Shown one piece after another: positions 22,690 through 34,415 of a stretch of DNA of 64,000 nt (the stretch's first letter is position 1; each line of letters opens with the position of its first letter). The position numbers and the translations under genes were made by a program. Origin of the DNA: Octopus sinensis (taxonomy: Eukaryota); NCBI RefSeq assembly GCF_006345805.1, contig NC_042997.1, positions 198,524,001 through 198,588,000 of the forward strand, read 5' to 3'. The notes under the pieces were generated by a model. The model was given only the letters and a program-made list of their open reading frames with translations. It was not told the DNA's origin and did not search any database.

Positions 22690-23135
22690 ATATAGTTGAA
22701 ATTTACAGGAAAACAAAAGACGAATACAGTGTATAAACAATAAGCAGATGTATTAGTTTGACGCTCGGAAGGTGAGAAAGTCTTTTACGTTTCGAGCTTA
22801 TGCTCTTCAGCAGAAAGGATAAAAAGGAAATAAACAGAGGAAGAATAAAAACTTGTGAATTTTATATATAAACACACACACACACCACACACACACACAC
22901 ACATATATACAATACACACACACATATATACAATATGTGACCACGTGTGTATCGTTTGCGATTTTCTTTCTCCGTCTTCCCTTCCTTGGACCTTTCCTTT
23001 TTCTATGTTTCTGATGAAGAGCTCCGCGCGAAACGTTAAATCATCCTTTTCTTTCCTTTCCTGAACGTCCAATAGCATTATACTTGTTCCACGTCCTCGC
23101 GTTGTTGTGTTTTCTCTTTGCTCATATTTGGATTA
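22690..23135. mobile_element. Two diverged PLE pLTR-like arms in inverted orientation around an (AC)n spacer
   Basis: Family D on minus (hammerhead-like 22782-22817, core CTGCTGA) and a related arm on plus (23007-23041, CTGATGA A GAGC..GC GAAA CG TT); (TA)n on both flanks. Confidence 0.55.
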
Positions 23136-23449
23136 ACTATATATATATATAATATATATATATATATAAAATATTGTGTACATTAGAACACATTAAGAGG
23201 CTTCCAAATAGGAAAGCCTTGTGCTAGAAAGAGCAGTAGAAAACTCAAATCAACAATTGTGGATAAATTCTCGAAAGGATTGAAAATTAAAAACGTTTAC
23301 CATCTAATTTAATTCCTAGACCATGGTTTCTAACTCATTCCAGTAAAAAAAATATTTACTGAGGCTAGTTTTCGTCAGTAGGGAGCCTTTAGATTTCAAA
23401 TATACACATAGCTAGATTCGCATGTAAACTAGTTGCCTGTATATTTTTA

Positions 23450-23482
<33 letters not shown>

Positions 23483-24248
23483 ATAAACTAGAACTTTAAA
23501 TCAGTAGCGTTTCTTTCAATAATCGACATAAGAATTTGGAAATTAAAAGATGAGAAAAAGTAATCGTTATAAACTAATATTTCTTTTCACTAAAATCTAA
23601 GTGTTTAGAGCATCTTTGAAGAATTGGCTTTCTTTCAAATGACGATATTACAGCATATTCCTTGTAAACAAACCCTTTTCTTTCTTTACGTTCGAATCGC
23701 CATAGCAACGTGTGTAATGAAAACGCTTTGTGTTTAAAAGAAAATATTCTAAAGAATATAAGAATAAAAAAGATACACTTTAGAGTTGTATTTTATGATT
23801 TTTAATGTGACATATTTAGTGTTGTTATGAATGGCTACAGCAAACATTCTTTGCTCTTCATTGTTCGGAAAACATTAGATTAATTCAAATCGATTGATGC
23901 GTTTAAAACCTGTACACGTTACATTTTAAAAATAGTTTGAAAATATATGAGCAGAACTAATTCAAATTCTAATATATGAACATAACTAATTCTAATTCTA
24001 TATAGACTCAAATTACCCAGAGAATTGGTATACAGCCAAAGACATATCTGATAAATAAAATATTGTTTATTCTACTACTTTAAATATGTGTGAGATACAA
24101 AATACCCATCTAGACAAACTAGGAAACATATAGAGCATGTCCCGCATACAGGCTTCGTTCTCTGTAACTGTTCTAAAAGAATTTGGTAAAGATCTTTTGC
24201 TTTTATTTGCAACTTCCAATTGGCACGTTTCTTACAACTCCTTTTAAT

Positions 24249-24417
24249 AAACAATTGCAGCGTGGAAGGTGTTTATAAGCCATTTAAGACATACACAAGA
24301 ACCGTTAGATTCACTTCAACATTTAAATTTAATTTGTCAAAATATTTTCGTCGCTTTGAGACCGTGACCTGTTCACTGACAAAACTCCGTGCTGCACCTC
24401 CCGCGCTGCAATTGTTT
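24249..24417 (-). mobile_element. 169-bp element with 23-bp terminal inverted repeats containing a hammerhead fold
   Basis: AAACAATTGCAGCGTGGAAGGTG (24249-24271) vs CACCTCCCGCGCTGCAATTGTTT (24395-24417), 2 mismatches. Confidence 0.6.
24333..24383 (-). ncRNA. Type I hammerhead ribozyme motif, G3:C8 core variant
   Basis: TTTGTCA-GTGAACA-G-GTCAC GGTCTCAAA GCGAC-GAAA-ATAT-TT-TGACAAA: perfect 7-bp stem I, 4/5-bp stem II, palindromic AATATT stem III. Confidence 0.6.
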
Positions 24418-26029
24418 TCGTTCCAGCACACGATCTCAGATCAGTTCACTTGCTATGCAAGTACATCTCCTTATAATAAGTAAGTCAGTAATATCACGCG
24501 GTATAGAAAGCTATCAAACACTTGGTAAATCCGAATACGAAGATGGCCAGGATATACGTTCAGCTAACTATTACAAATTCAATTTGTACAAGCATGGGTT
24601 TCATTCAAGAGTATCATAATGAAGAAATTAAACTGTTTGTAAAAAGAATCAGAAAGCAATATTTTTGTTTTGTTCAAATAAAATAATTTAGTTAATGGTC
24701 TTTTAGAACGCTGAACAATTGTGTGCAAAAGGGATTTTTACTGTGTAGAAATATTAAAAATTTAGACCTCACTCTGACGAGAATATAGTGGAACCCTTTT
24801 AGAGCGTGTTGCATGGTACAGTCATATTTTCAAATTAATGTCAATAATTTCATTGTGTAGGCGTAAATCAACGGGAAGGTGTATATAGGCACGTTATGAT
24901 TTTAAAGATAGATCAGATGTAAAAATAGATATGGAGAGCAGAATGGAAAGTGCGTGCATGAAAAGACAAAACAGTGTCAAAATCTAAAGTTAGTGTCTAT
25001 TCATGTTGAACTCAAACATGGAGTGAATAGCTAATTGGTGTAAAAGAGAAATAGATGGGTTATGTCTTCTACAATATAGCAGCCTATATCTAACATCCAC
25101 CGCGTATTACTTCCTATAACTGGTAAATGGTGAAAATTGTAACTTTGGTAGGCAATTGCTGAAAATAGGTCAGAATACAGAGCAGGACTACAATTCAAGT
25201 ACAGAGCATGATAAGAGAGAAATGAATAATAAAATAAGTCACGTAAAGACAAACAAAAATGCTTGAAACAAGCAAATCTCCGAATCAATTATGCAAATGT
25301 AATTGGAAGAGAAGCTGGTTGCCTTTAATGAAGATTCAGGAATCAATAGGAAATACATTAGAAGCACTATCTCCTGACTATTTTGTTGGGACGATGAAGG
25401 AAGGGACATTCTTAATGTATGATCACAGCATAATGAGATCGAGGGTTATAAACGAAGTATGCGTGGAGGCACATGGCCTTGTGCAAAAATTTGAAATCAA
25501 TATCTATTTACTTGGTAAGACGGCAATTGGCAGACTCGAAGCACGCCGGGCAAAAAGCTTCGCAGCATTTCGTCTGGCCTTACATTCTAAGTGCAAATTC
25601 CACTAAGGTCGACTTTTTCTTTTCAGTTTTTCGGAATGGATAAAATAAGTTCTTGTTGATCACTGGGATCGATGTTCTCGACTTAATCGCCCCCCACAAA
25701 ATTGCTGGTCTTGTGCCAAAATTTCGAAATCGATATTTATTAGGATGTTGTTGTTTATTCCCAGGTCAGCCCTGACTGATCAGACATAGGAGAAGAAAAA
25801 CATTCACCAGTAACCATCGCCGTTTTTGGAGTATGTAGAACTAATGCATCTGATGGTACATAAGACACACGTTTTCACAGAAAATGTCTCAAAATATCAC
25901 TCAGGGTCATATATGCGACGTTGAGCCTCCCATAAGCTTTGATACCCTTGAAATTTCCTCCTTGAATATGCGCTGCTGAAATCGCGGTGCATTTAACATG
26001 TTATTAAACACGGTATATAATCTTATGTG

Positions 26030-26407
26030 AGGAGGTGCAGTGGCTCTGTGATTAGGGTAGCAGACTCGCGGTCGTAGGATCGCGGTTTCGATTCCCAGAC
26101 CGAGCGTTGTGAGTGTTTATTGAGTGAAAACACCTAAAGCGCCAAGAGGCTCTGGAAGGAGGTGGTGGTGTCCTTGCTGTACTCTTTCGCCACAACTTTC
26201 TCTCACTCTTTCTTCCTGCTTCTGTTGTACCTGTATTTCAAAGGGGCCAGCCTTGTTACACTCTGTGTCATGCTGAATCTCCCCAAGAACTACTTCAAAA
26301 GTACACGTGTCTGTGGAATGCTCAGCCACTTACACGTTAATCTCACGAGCAGGCTGTTCCATGATCGGATCAACTGGAATCTTCGTCGTCGTAACCGACG
26401 GAGTACC
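26030..26407 (+). mobile_element. SINE family C (tail type 2)
   Basis: Matches 18757-19146 in the opposite orientation. Confidence 0.9.
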
Positions 26408-27079
26408 AACACACACATAATCTCACGTAGTATTTCTCCCATTAAAATAAAAAAGACAGAGCGAAATTGAGTAAAATATGCATGCTATTTCATGCAAACC
26501 GAAGGACAATAAGAAGCATCCACGTCAGTGCACCATGAGAGTAATATTGAGAGAGATACATAGAAGAGTGAATGTAAAGCGATACAACATTATTTAGAAT
26601 AATTTCATAGTTAAACGTTATGAAGGCGATACAAAGGAAGGCTGACCACCTGCAACACAATCCTTTCAACCAAGGAAAAAAGATTACTATCTGCATTGAA
26701 GCTGATGGCATTCTCAATTGCAGTTCAAATAAAATCCATTAAAAAAGCACGTACAGCAGCTATAGAAGTTCTTTATGGATAATTTTTGCACAAACAATTG
26801 AAAACACTTGGGTACCCGGCGTTGTCTGTGAAATATAGTTCGCAGTTGGCAATGAGTTTCTTGAATGAAACCTGACAATTCTGCTTCATAAATTTAGCTC
26901 GAACACAACCATTATATAGTTTCTAACACAGATACAGATGTTTTTGTTTCATTTCTTTTTTTCTCACTCCTTAAAAGTTTTCTAGCGTTTCAGTAACCAC
27001 TTCTCTAAAAGGAAATAAAACACAAGCATTCCAGCCGTGAACATCTAGTAAATCAATCAATCTATCTATTCTCTTTGTA

Positions 27080-27131
<52 letters not shown>

Positions 27132-27270
27132 CTTAGCGGTTCGGGAAAAGCACCCGATAGGCTTCATAAAGGAATAAGTACTGGTCGGTGCGATCGACTA
27201 AAATTCAAAGCGGTGAGGCTGCATGGCCGGCTGCAATCTAAATGACTGAAGATATAGTTTAATTTACATC

Positions 27271-27358
<88 letters not shown>

Positions 27359-27580
27359 CATTCATTCATATATACTTACATACACACATGCAATAACACC
27401 TCAAAAATGTTCCTCATTTTTCAACTAATTTTGTGAGAAACGTTCAGCAAACTGATTGTCTACATGTTTCTAGAGAAAATGACTAAAATTCAGTTATGTT
27501 ACGTGTTAATAATATTTCCAATTTCACGGCTCCAGTCTCTGCAGAAAGTACTGCGACTACTTATCTGTCAGTATGTATGC

Positions 27581-27670
27581 ATGCGTTTCTACTTCTTGAA
27601 GTATGTGTCTGTAGAGGTATTTATGCGTTTCTACTTCTTGAAGTATGTGTCTGTAGAGGTATTTATGCGT
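27581..27670. repeat. 42-bp tandem duplication
   Basis: ATGCGTTTCTACTTCTTGAAGTATGTGTCTGTAGAGGTATTT twice plus a partial third copy. Confidence 0.9.
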
Positions 27671-28179
27671 GTGTTTATGTATTTATATGCGTATTTGAGT
27701 GTCTCTACTCATGCGTCTTTGCATAAGAAAGTGAAAGAAGTTGTCAAATTATTCGATTAAAAGCATGCATAAAAGAAACTTACTTTTTAACACGACTTGT
27801 TACAAAATTCAGGAGGTACATGCATAAAAATAAACTTTTAAATTTAAATTTAATTCAAATAGATAGAATTTAAAATAAATTACTTTCAGATAAACAATAA
27901 TTAATGGAATGCGTAACTCGGTATTCTACAAGTCATTGCTGCAACTTATGTGTGTATTAGTATATTTATGTTCTATGATTGCTTCTGGTAAGAGTCAATG
28001 CGTTGTGTTTGTACTTCTGTGGATCTGCATTCGCGTGTATGTGTATTTATGTTTGTAAGTTCGTGTGTCTGTGTTTGTATTTGTCACTGTGCGAGCGCTT
28101 CATATGCTGTGAGTGTTTGGAAACCACACAACTATCACATAATACATACATACATACATACTCTATTAGTTATGATCTC

Positions 28180-29100
28180 CTATACAGCCCCAAAACAGCT
28201 GGACTCTCTTACCTCGAAGAAGAACTGGGTGGAAAGCACTCAGCATACTAAAAAAGACCATGCATGGGTATATTGCCCGAGAGCTTGTAGAGGAAAGTAG
28301 ACACAAACCAGTACATCGCACTTTGAAAGCTGTGTTTGCAATCCAGGAACAGGAGATAACCACAAAGTACCTGGTGAACAACAGAAACAGTGTCACGCTT
28401 GTAATCACAAGGTGCAACGGCAAGTGCAAGCTATGTCATGTTTCTGTGAAGACATTACGCATGTGATTAGCAGCTGTCCTAAAATATCGTCACAGTGCTA
28501 TCTCCCTATGCGGTCGATGTTGCTGCTAAAGCAATTAACTATGCCATCGTCAAAAAAGACTGTCCTGAAATAAACTTAGCAAATTTCTCTGTTATGGAAT
28601 ACATTCATAAACACCAACTCAAGGAATACTGGTGGAATATTCCCATTAAAACTTCTGTCAAATGTAAACATAACAGGCTGGATATTGTTATTTGGGACAG
28701 AGGGGCAAAACAATGTACCATCATAGAGGTTAGCTGCCCTACAGATATAAATATCTCTTTGAAATCAAAGAAAAAGAGGATATCTATGGACAATTGCTTC
28801 GAAACCTCCAGCTTCTAAATCCAGATTATGAATTCATATTCATACCAATAATAATTGGAGCACTAGGTTTTGTTAGTTAATGCTTAGAGGAGAAGCTGGA
28901 TAAACTGGAATTTTCAGAAAGAGAAACTGACCGGCTGATTCGTACATTAGAAGTCCAATCTCTGAGTGAAACAGTAAAAATATGCGAGACTTTTCTCAAG
29001 TTCCAAATGTGAATTGGTCTGTGTTAACTACACCCTAAAAATGGAGCCTTTGTTGGGAACCGGATCCCTCTTCAGTGGAAGATTTATAATAATTTAAAAA
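28180..29100 (+). mobile_element. R4/Dong-like RLE non-LTR retrotransposon 3' end
   Basis: HGYI...AIQEQEITTKYL; CCHC-like CKLCH; DVAAK; KEYWWNIPIKTSVKCKHNRLDIVIWDRGAKQCTIIEVSCP (PD..D/ExK-type endonuclease), frameshifted. Confidence 0.85.
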
Positions 29101-29149
29101 AATAGAAGAGACATACACATACACACGAAAACCCACTTATTATGTGCAA

Positions 29150-30390
29150 GGGGTTTTAACAGCATAAGACATTAATGGTGTCCACTAATTTATTTATGGG
29201 CGATTTAAAGATCTATATTGGAAATATGTACAATTTGGAAAAACAGCTGGATTCCGTAACAACAGCTTCTGCTAATGTAGGAATGAAATTTAGTCAAAAG
29301 AAATATTCATTAACTTATTGTTGAACGTGAAAAAAATTCTCAAACTGACACACGCAGAAGAAATTAAAAAAAAAACCTTTGCATCAGTAATTTCTCAATT
29401 ACTTGTGTTCCAGAGTATGAGATCTACAAAGACCTAGGTATTGCTGAAAATACATCAAAAGTGATACGAAGAAAGATACCATGACTATAGAATAGTATAA
29501 CATACTAAAGATATGCCATACTGTGAGAATAATGCCTTACAGGAACGTTATTCTTGCAGGAAGTACTCACTTGCCGATGAACTCCCATGCAGGAATATCT
29601 CACCTTAACAAGGACCACAAACGGAAACGCTCTGCTTATCACAAGTAGGTTTAACATAAGTGTATTTCCAGTTAACTGAAAGACCATGATAATATTAATA
29701 TGAAATGACCGTTACACCATGTCACATCTCAAAGCTTTTGCTTTTACAATCCATGAGCAGCAGAAGATAATTAGGAAAGCATTAATAGATCAAATGAAAC
29801 CGTGGCGTTCTTAAATAATCCAAAGTGCAACGAGAAATGTCAATTATGTCACTGTTTAGGAGAAAAGACACATGTAATCAAAAGCTACCCCCACAATATC
29901 AAGGTAATATGTCCTGCTACGACATGATGTTGTTAAAACACGATATAATGCCATTCAATGGAAAAACAGCCCTGCGATAAATACAGGCAAATGCGACGTT
30001 ATTGAGTACATTCCTAACACAAGAAATCTTGGCGGATCATTCAAATCCAAGCATCCTCAAGGTGAATGCATCACGCTTGATAAAGCTGTTTTGGATAAAA
30101 GTAAATCTTCTGCTGCAATATGAGTCATATGATTTTACATATTCAAATGTGAACATTTTTTTCTCAAATGGGCTTCAAAGAGAACATTATGGACAACTAC
30201 TTCGAAATCGGAATTTTTTCTATCTTAATGATAAATTCATATTATGATCAACATTTATTGTTGCACTTGGTTACGCTAATGAGTATTTAGGTGACGATCT
30301 TGAAGAGTGCGGATTTTCAGGCATAGAAACTGACCAGCTAACACACACTTTAGAAATGTAATCCGTATGTGGAACAGTAAAGATTTGAAC
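29150..30390 (+). mobile_element. Older, heavily decayed R4/Dong-like fragment (RT to RLE)
   Basis: LFMGDLKIY, YKDLGIAEN, CQLCH, RHDVVK and YGQLLRNR remnants in collinear order. Confidence 0.55.
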
Positions 30391-31135
30391 TTCTTTTCTA
30401 AATTTTAAAATGTAACGCTTCCTTCTCAATTTTATTATCCAGCAATGGATTCTTGTTTGTTAGAAATCGATTTCTTCCTTGTAGAAAAAAGTAAACTGAG
30501 ATCATTTTAAAAAAAACATTATATAGATATACACACTGATAAAAAGTGCTACGTGAAGTCAGAAAATTATAGACACAAATACATGTATATGTACATACAT
30601 TTACATAGATATATGTGCATGTGGTGTGAGGTCTAATCGTGTGTTTGTGAGCGGGAGTGGTATATATTTGTTTGTGAGTATAATAAAACACACATTCGGT
30701 AACTAATCCCTAAAGATAGAAGCGCAGATAAAATTTATGTGGCAGAAGGAAAGAACGCCATACACGTACACAAAACCGAGCAGGGTTGATCGCTTCTCTC
30801 TTCGCTTATCTTCTGTGGAAATATCTGTCTCACACAAACTTATGTTTTTTCATATTTCCCACTCTCTCCCATTTCTTCTACTTTCCTTTGGTTTTCAACT
30901 TCTCTTCTGTTTTCCTTTTAACTGATAATCTCTTTTGTTAAATTTATTCCCCTTTCTATATATTTCTAGTGACGTTTTCACCCTTTCATTCTCAATTTCT
31001 CAGAAAGCTGTTTGAATTGTCTCTTTCTTCAATGTTTGCACGGACATTGCTTCTCCGTTTTATTAATAAAAGAAGTAACATTTTTTTTCAGGACCGTGCG
31101 TTTCAAGGCTCAAAGGCATAGTGGAAAGGAAGGCG

Positions 31136-31550
31136 GCGAGCTGGCAGAATCGTTAGCACGCAGGACGAAATGCGTAGCCGTATTTCATGTGACGTTACGT
31201 TCTGAGTTCAAATTACACCGAGGTCGACTTTGCCTTTCATCCTTTCGGGGTCGATTAAATAAGTACCAGTTACGCACTGGGGTCGATGTAATCATCTTAA
31301 TCCGTTTGTCTGTCCTTGTTTGTCCTCTCTGTGTTTATCCCCTTGCGGGTAGTAAAGAAATAGGTATTTCATATGCCGCTACCTTCTGAGTTCAAATTCC
31401 GCCGAAGTCGACTTTGCCTTTCATCCTTTCGGGGTCGATTAAATAAGTACCAGTTACGCACTGGGGTCGATGTAATCATCTTAATCCGTTTGTCTGTCCT
31501 TGTTTGTCCCCTCTGTGTTTAGCCCCTTGTGGGTAGTAGAGAAATAGGTA
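31136..31550 (+). mobile_element. SINE family A dimer (full unit plus head-less unit)
   Basis: Junction GAAATAGGTATTTC at about 31357-31370; degenerate TSD AGTGGAAA on both sides. Confidence 0.9.
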
Positions 31551-32317
31551 AAGTGGAAATGATATTTGGGCCAAAGTATTTACAACATGTTGATAAACTC
31601 TTGGTGTATACATTCAGATAAGCGTATTCTCAATTTTAACAGTACATAGATTAGCATTTGTCTATCGTCTTATAATAGGGGTGCAGGAGGTTTAGGTTGT
31701 GTATTTTTGATGTTGCACATTTCTCCTATTCAATATCCACTATATTTTTGAAATTAAAATCTGCATTTGATAGAGTATATTGGTCAATATTAATAAGAGG
31801 AACTTTTATACGGGTTTTTCCTTTCCAATAATTTATAACGATGGAATTTTCTCCATAACATATAACAATATTTGATGTTCTATCAGTTAAAACCTTCACA
31901 AAGTTTTGTGTGTATGTTTTCGTCCCCCACCCCTCTTACAAAATTTGAATTTAAATTGAATTTATGGTATTTCTTATTTTTATATCTCATCACATTCATG
32001 AATGGGACTTAGCGAAACAGAACTAATCTCATACATATGCTTTTAAGAGGGAAAAACTAATGGTTGTGACAGCATTCTTCCTCTCGAAACTCAGGCGGAA
32101 ATGTGATTTTATTATCCGAACAATACTATTGGCATTTTAACTTAAGCTATAGCACATTCTTGGAATTTTAGATTAGTATCAATAATCACATCAAGATTTT
32201 TCTATTCTTCAGAAACATTCCAGATAGAATACCACATTTAAAATTTGATGCAGTGTTATTTCATTACATTTTAAGTATCCACCCCACACCTCCTTCTCCT
32301 CTCTCTCTTTGTGTGAG

Positions 32318-32354
<37 letters not shown>

Positions 32355-32357
<3 letters not shown>

Positions 32358-32661
32358 ACGTGATCACGTGATCGACCAGACCATCAGATGTTGCTACACA
32401 TCGCTGGTCACAATGCGTTCGCATTGTTTTTAGCCTTTGAATTACGCCACCCCGCTGGCTAAGCGAGCAGGCCAACAGAAGAAAGAGTGAGAGAAAGAGT
32501 GGTGAAGGAGTACAACAGGGATCACCACCCCCTGCCGGAGCCTCGTGGAGCTTTTAGGTGTTTTCGCTCAATAAACACACACAACGCCCGGTCTGGGAAT
32601 TGAAACCGCGATCCTACGACCGCGAGTCCGCTACCCTAACCACTGGGCCATTGCGCCTCCA
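32355..32661 (-). mobile_element. SINE family C (tail type 1), full length
   Basis: Head TGGAGGCGCAATGGCCCAGTGG; tail ...CATCTGATGGTCTGGTCGATCACGTGA; matches 43781-44082 and 49065-49225. Confidence 0.9.
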
Positions 32662-32668
32662 CTAGGTA

Positions 32669-32786
32669 ATGCCTACAGCACCTAGGTTTCCCAAGCGGTC
32701 ACCCATCTAAGTACTAACTAGGGTCGATGTTGCTTAACTACGGTGATCGGACGAGAACCGGTGCTTTCAACGTGATATGGCCGTAA

Positions 32787-32788
<2 letters not shown>
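32669..32788 (-). rRNA. 5S rRNA: Full-length 5S rRNA-like copy (dispersed, probably a pseudogene or variant)
   Basis: GCTTACGGCCATATCACGTTGAAAGCACCGGTTCTCGTCCGATCACCGTAGTTAAGCAAC...GTTAGTACTTAGATGGGTGACCGCTTGGGAAACCTAGGTGCTGTAGGC, 120 nt; helix I and CCTAG/CTAGG can pair; no T-run terminator. Confidence 0.92.
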
Positions 32789-32829
<41 letters not shown>

Positions 32830-32832
<3 letters not shown>

Positions 32833-32980
32833 AGAGTTTACGAAAAAAAACAAAAGACGAAGACAGGTGGTGTACAAAACAAACAGATTAGTATAACGCT
32901 CAGGAATTGAAAAAGTCTTTTACGTTTCGAGCCTACGCTCTTCTACAGAAAGGGACACAGAAAAAAACAAGGAGAGAAAA
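32830..32980 (-). mobile_element. Family D PLE pLTR-like repeat with hammerhead-like fold
   Basis: Minus strand 32917-32952: CTTT CTGTAGA A GAGC GTAG GCTC GAAA CG TA AAAG. Confidence 0.65.
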
Positions 32981-33469
32981 ATTTTTTGTAGTGGCTACCG
33001 ATCTATCATGATGACCGATTTATATATATATAAATTCGGTGTGTGTTGCGTTCCATTACTTGATAAATATAAAAAATGTATAACCAAACGACAAAAGGTA
33101 GACGAGCAGAAAGTCCATAATTCTTCGTCAGTGATCGATAAATGGTACTTTTCAGTCTCGCACCTTTAGCAATAAGACTGAATGCTTCCCAATTGGCGAG
33201 GCCTGCAGAAAATGTTTTCTTGCGTAGAATTAGGGACAAGAGCAACAAAACGAAACAAAACAAGCAAAATAACACAGAGTGTGATTTAGGATGGTGGACG
33301 AAGACAAAGAGTCGGACAAAATAGGGACTTTGGGCCAACAAGACGTGAATAGTGGGTAACGCGTAGAAAATGTCTTGAACGATGGAGAACGGAGAGAGAG
33401 TACTCGCGACAGGTCAGCTATGGGAAAAGTTTGAGAAAGAAAGAAAAGGAGAAACTGGCGATGAGTTTT

Positions 33470-33730
33470 CCCCAGCGACGCGTTGTGTCCTTGAGTAAGG
33501 CATTTTATTTCACGTTGATCCAGTCCACTCAACTGGCCAAAATGAGTAGTACTTGTATTTCAAAGGACCAGCCTTGTCTCACTGTGTGTCACGCTGAGTC
33601 TCCCTGAGAACTACTTTAGGGGTACACGTGTCTGTGGAGTGCTCAGCCACTTGCACGTTAATTTCACGAGCAAGCTGTTCCGTTGATCGTATCAGCTGGG
33701 ATCCTCGTCGTCGTAACCGACAGAGTGCTG
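33470..33730 (+). mobile_element. CORE-like SINE (head truncated) carrying the family C type-2 tail
   Basis: GCGTTGTGTCCTTGAGTAAGGCA...TCCAGTCCACTCAACTGG (as in 47925-48267) joined to GTATTTCAAAGG...CTCGTCGTCGTAACCGAC (as in 26030-26407). Confidence 0.75.
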
Positions 33731-33800
<70 letters not shown>

Positions 33801-33827
33801 GTGTATATATGTATATATATATGTGTG

Positions 33828-33862
<35 letters not shown>

Positions 33863-34189
33863 CTATATATATATATATAATTTGTATGTGTGTGTCATTT
33901 GCCCACATAATAACTTGATTGATTTTCAGATACGGTTAGTTAAGAGTAAAATTGAGCTATGGTGAATAAATGTGTTTAATTAGTAAATTAAACCGGATAT
34001 TTTTACTATAGAATCCCCACCTTACTACCTGAACTCTACGACTGACGTCATACAAATGTGCCGCCTTGTTGAGGACTAATAGTGTAGATACAACCAATTG
34101 CAGGTCACTTGAACACAAAGTCATTTCGAGTTCACTCCATTCTCCCAGTTTTCGTCTGTTCAACACTTTGGTATTTGCATCGCAAATGT

Positions 34190-34415
34190 ATTCTGGCATT
34201 TCATGGTCGGAGCAGTGCATCCTTCAAAACTTCCATGCTTCCTGAGATTCGCCAACACTACACCTGATCTTCTCCCCTCCATACACACGCAAACATGTAT
34301 CTGACTCATACACTGTTCACTTCCCAGGCATTGTACATTACTGCATCTGCTTTATACGCACTTTTGACAAGTTGTGGTGCACCTGAGCACTGTATACAAT
34401 AATTTCATTATTATT
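34190..34415 (+). mobile_element. Probable CR1/L2-like LINE 3' end
   Basis: SFKTSMLPEIRQHYT* followed by a UTR ending in a short (ATT)n tail; assigned by resemblance only. Confidence 0.35.
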
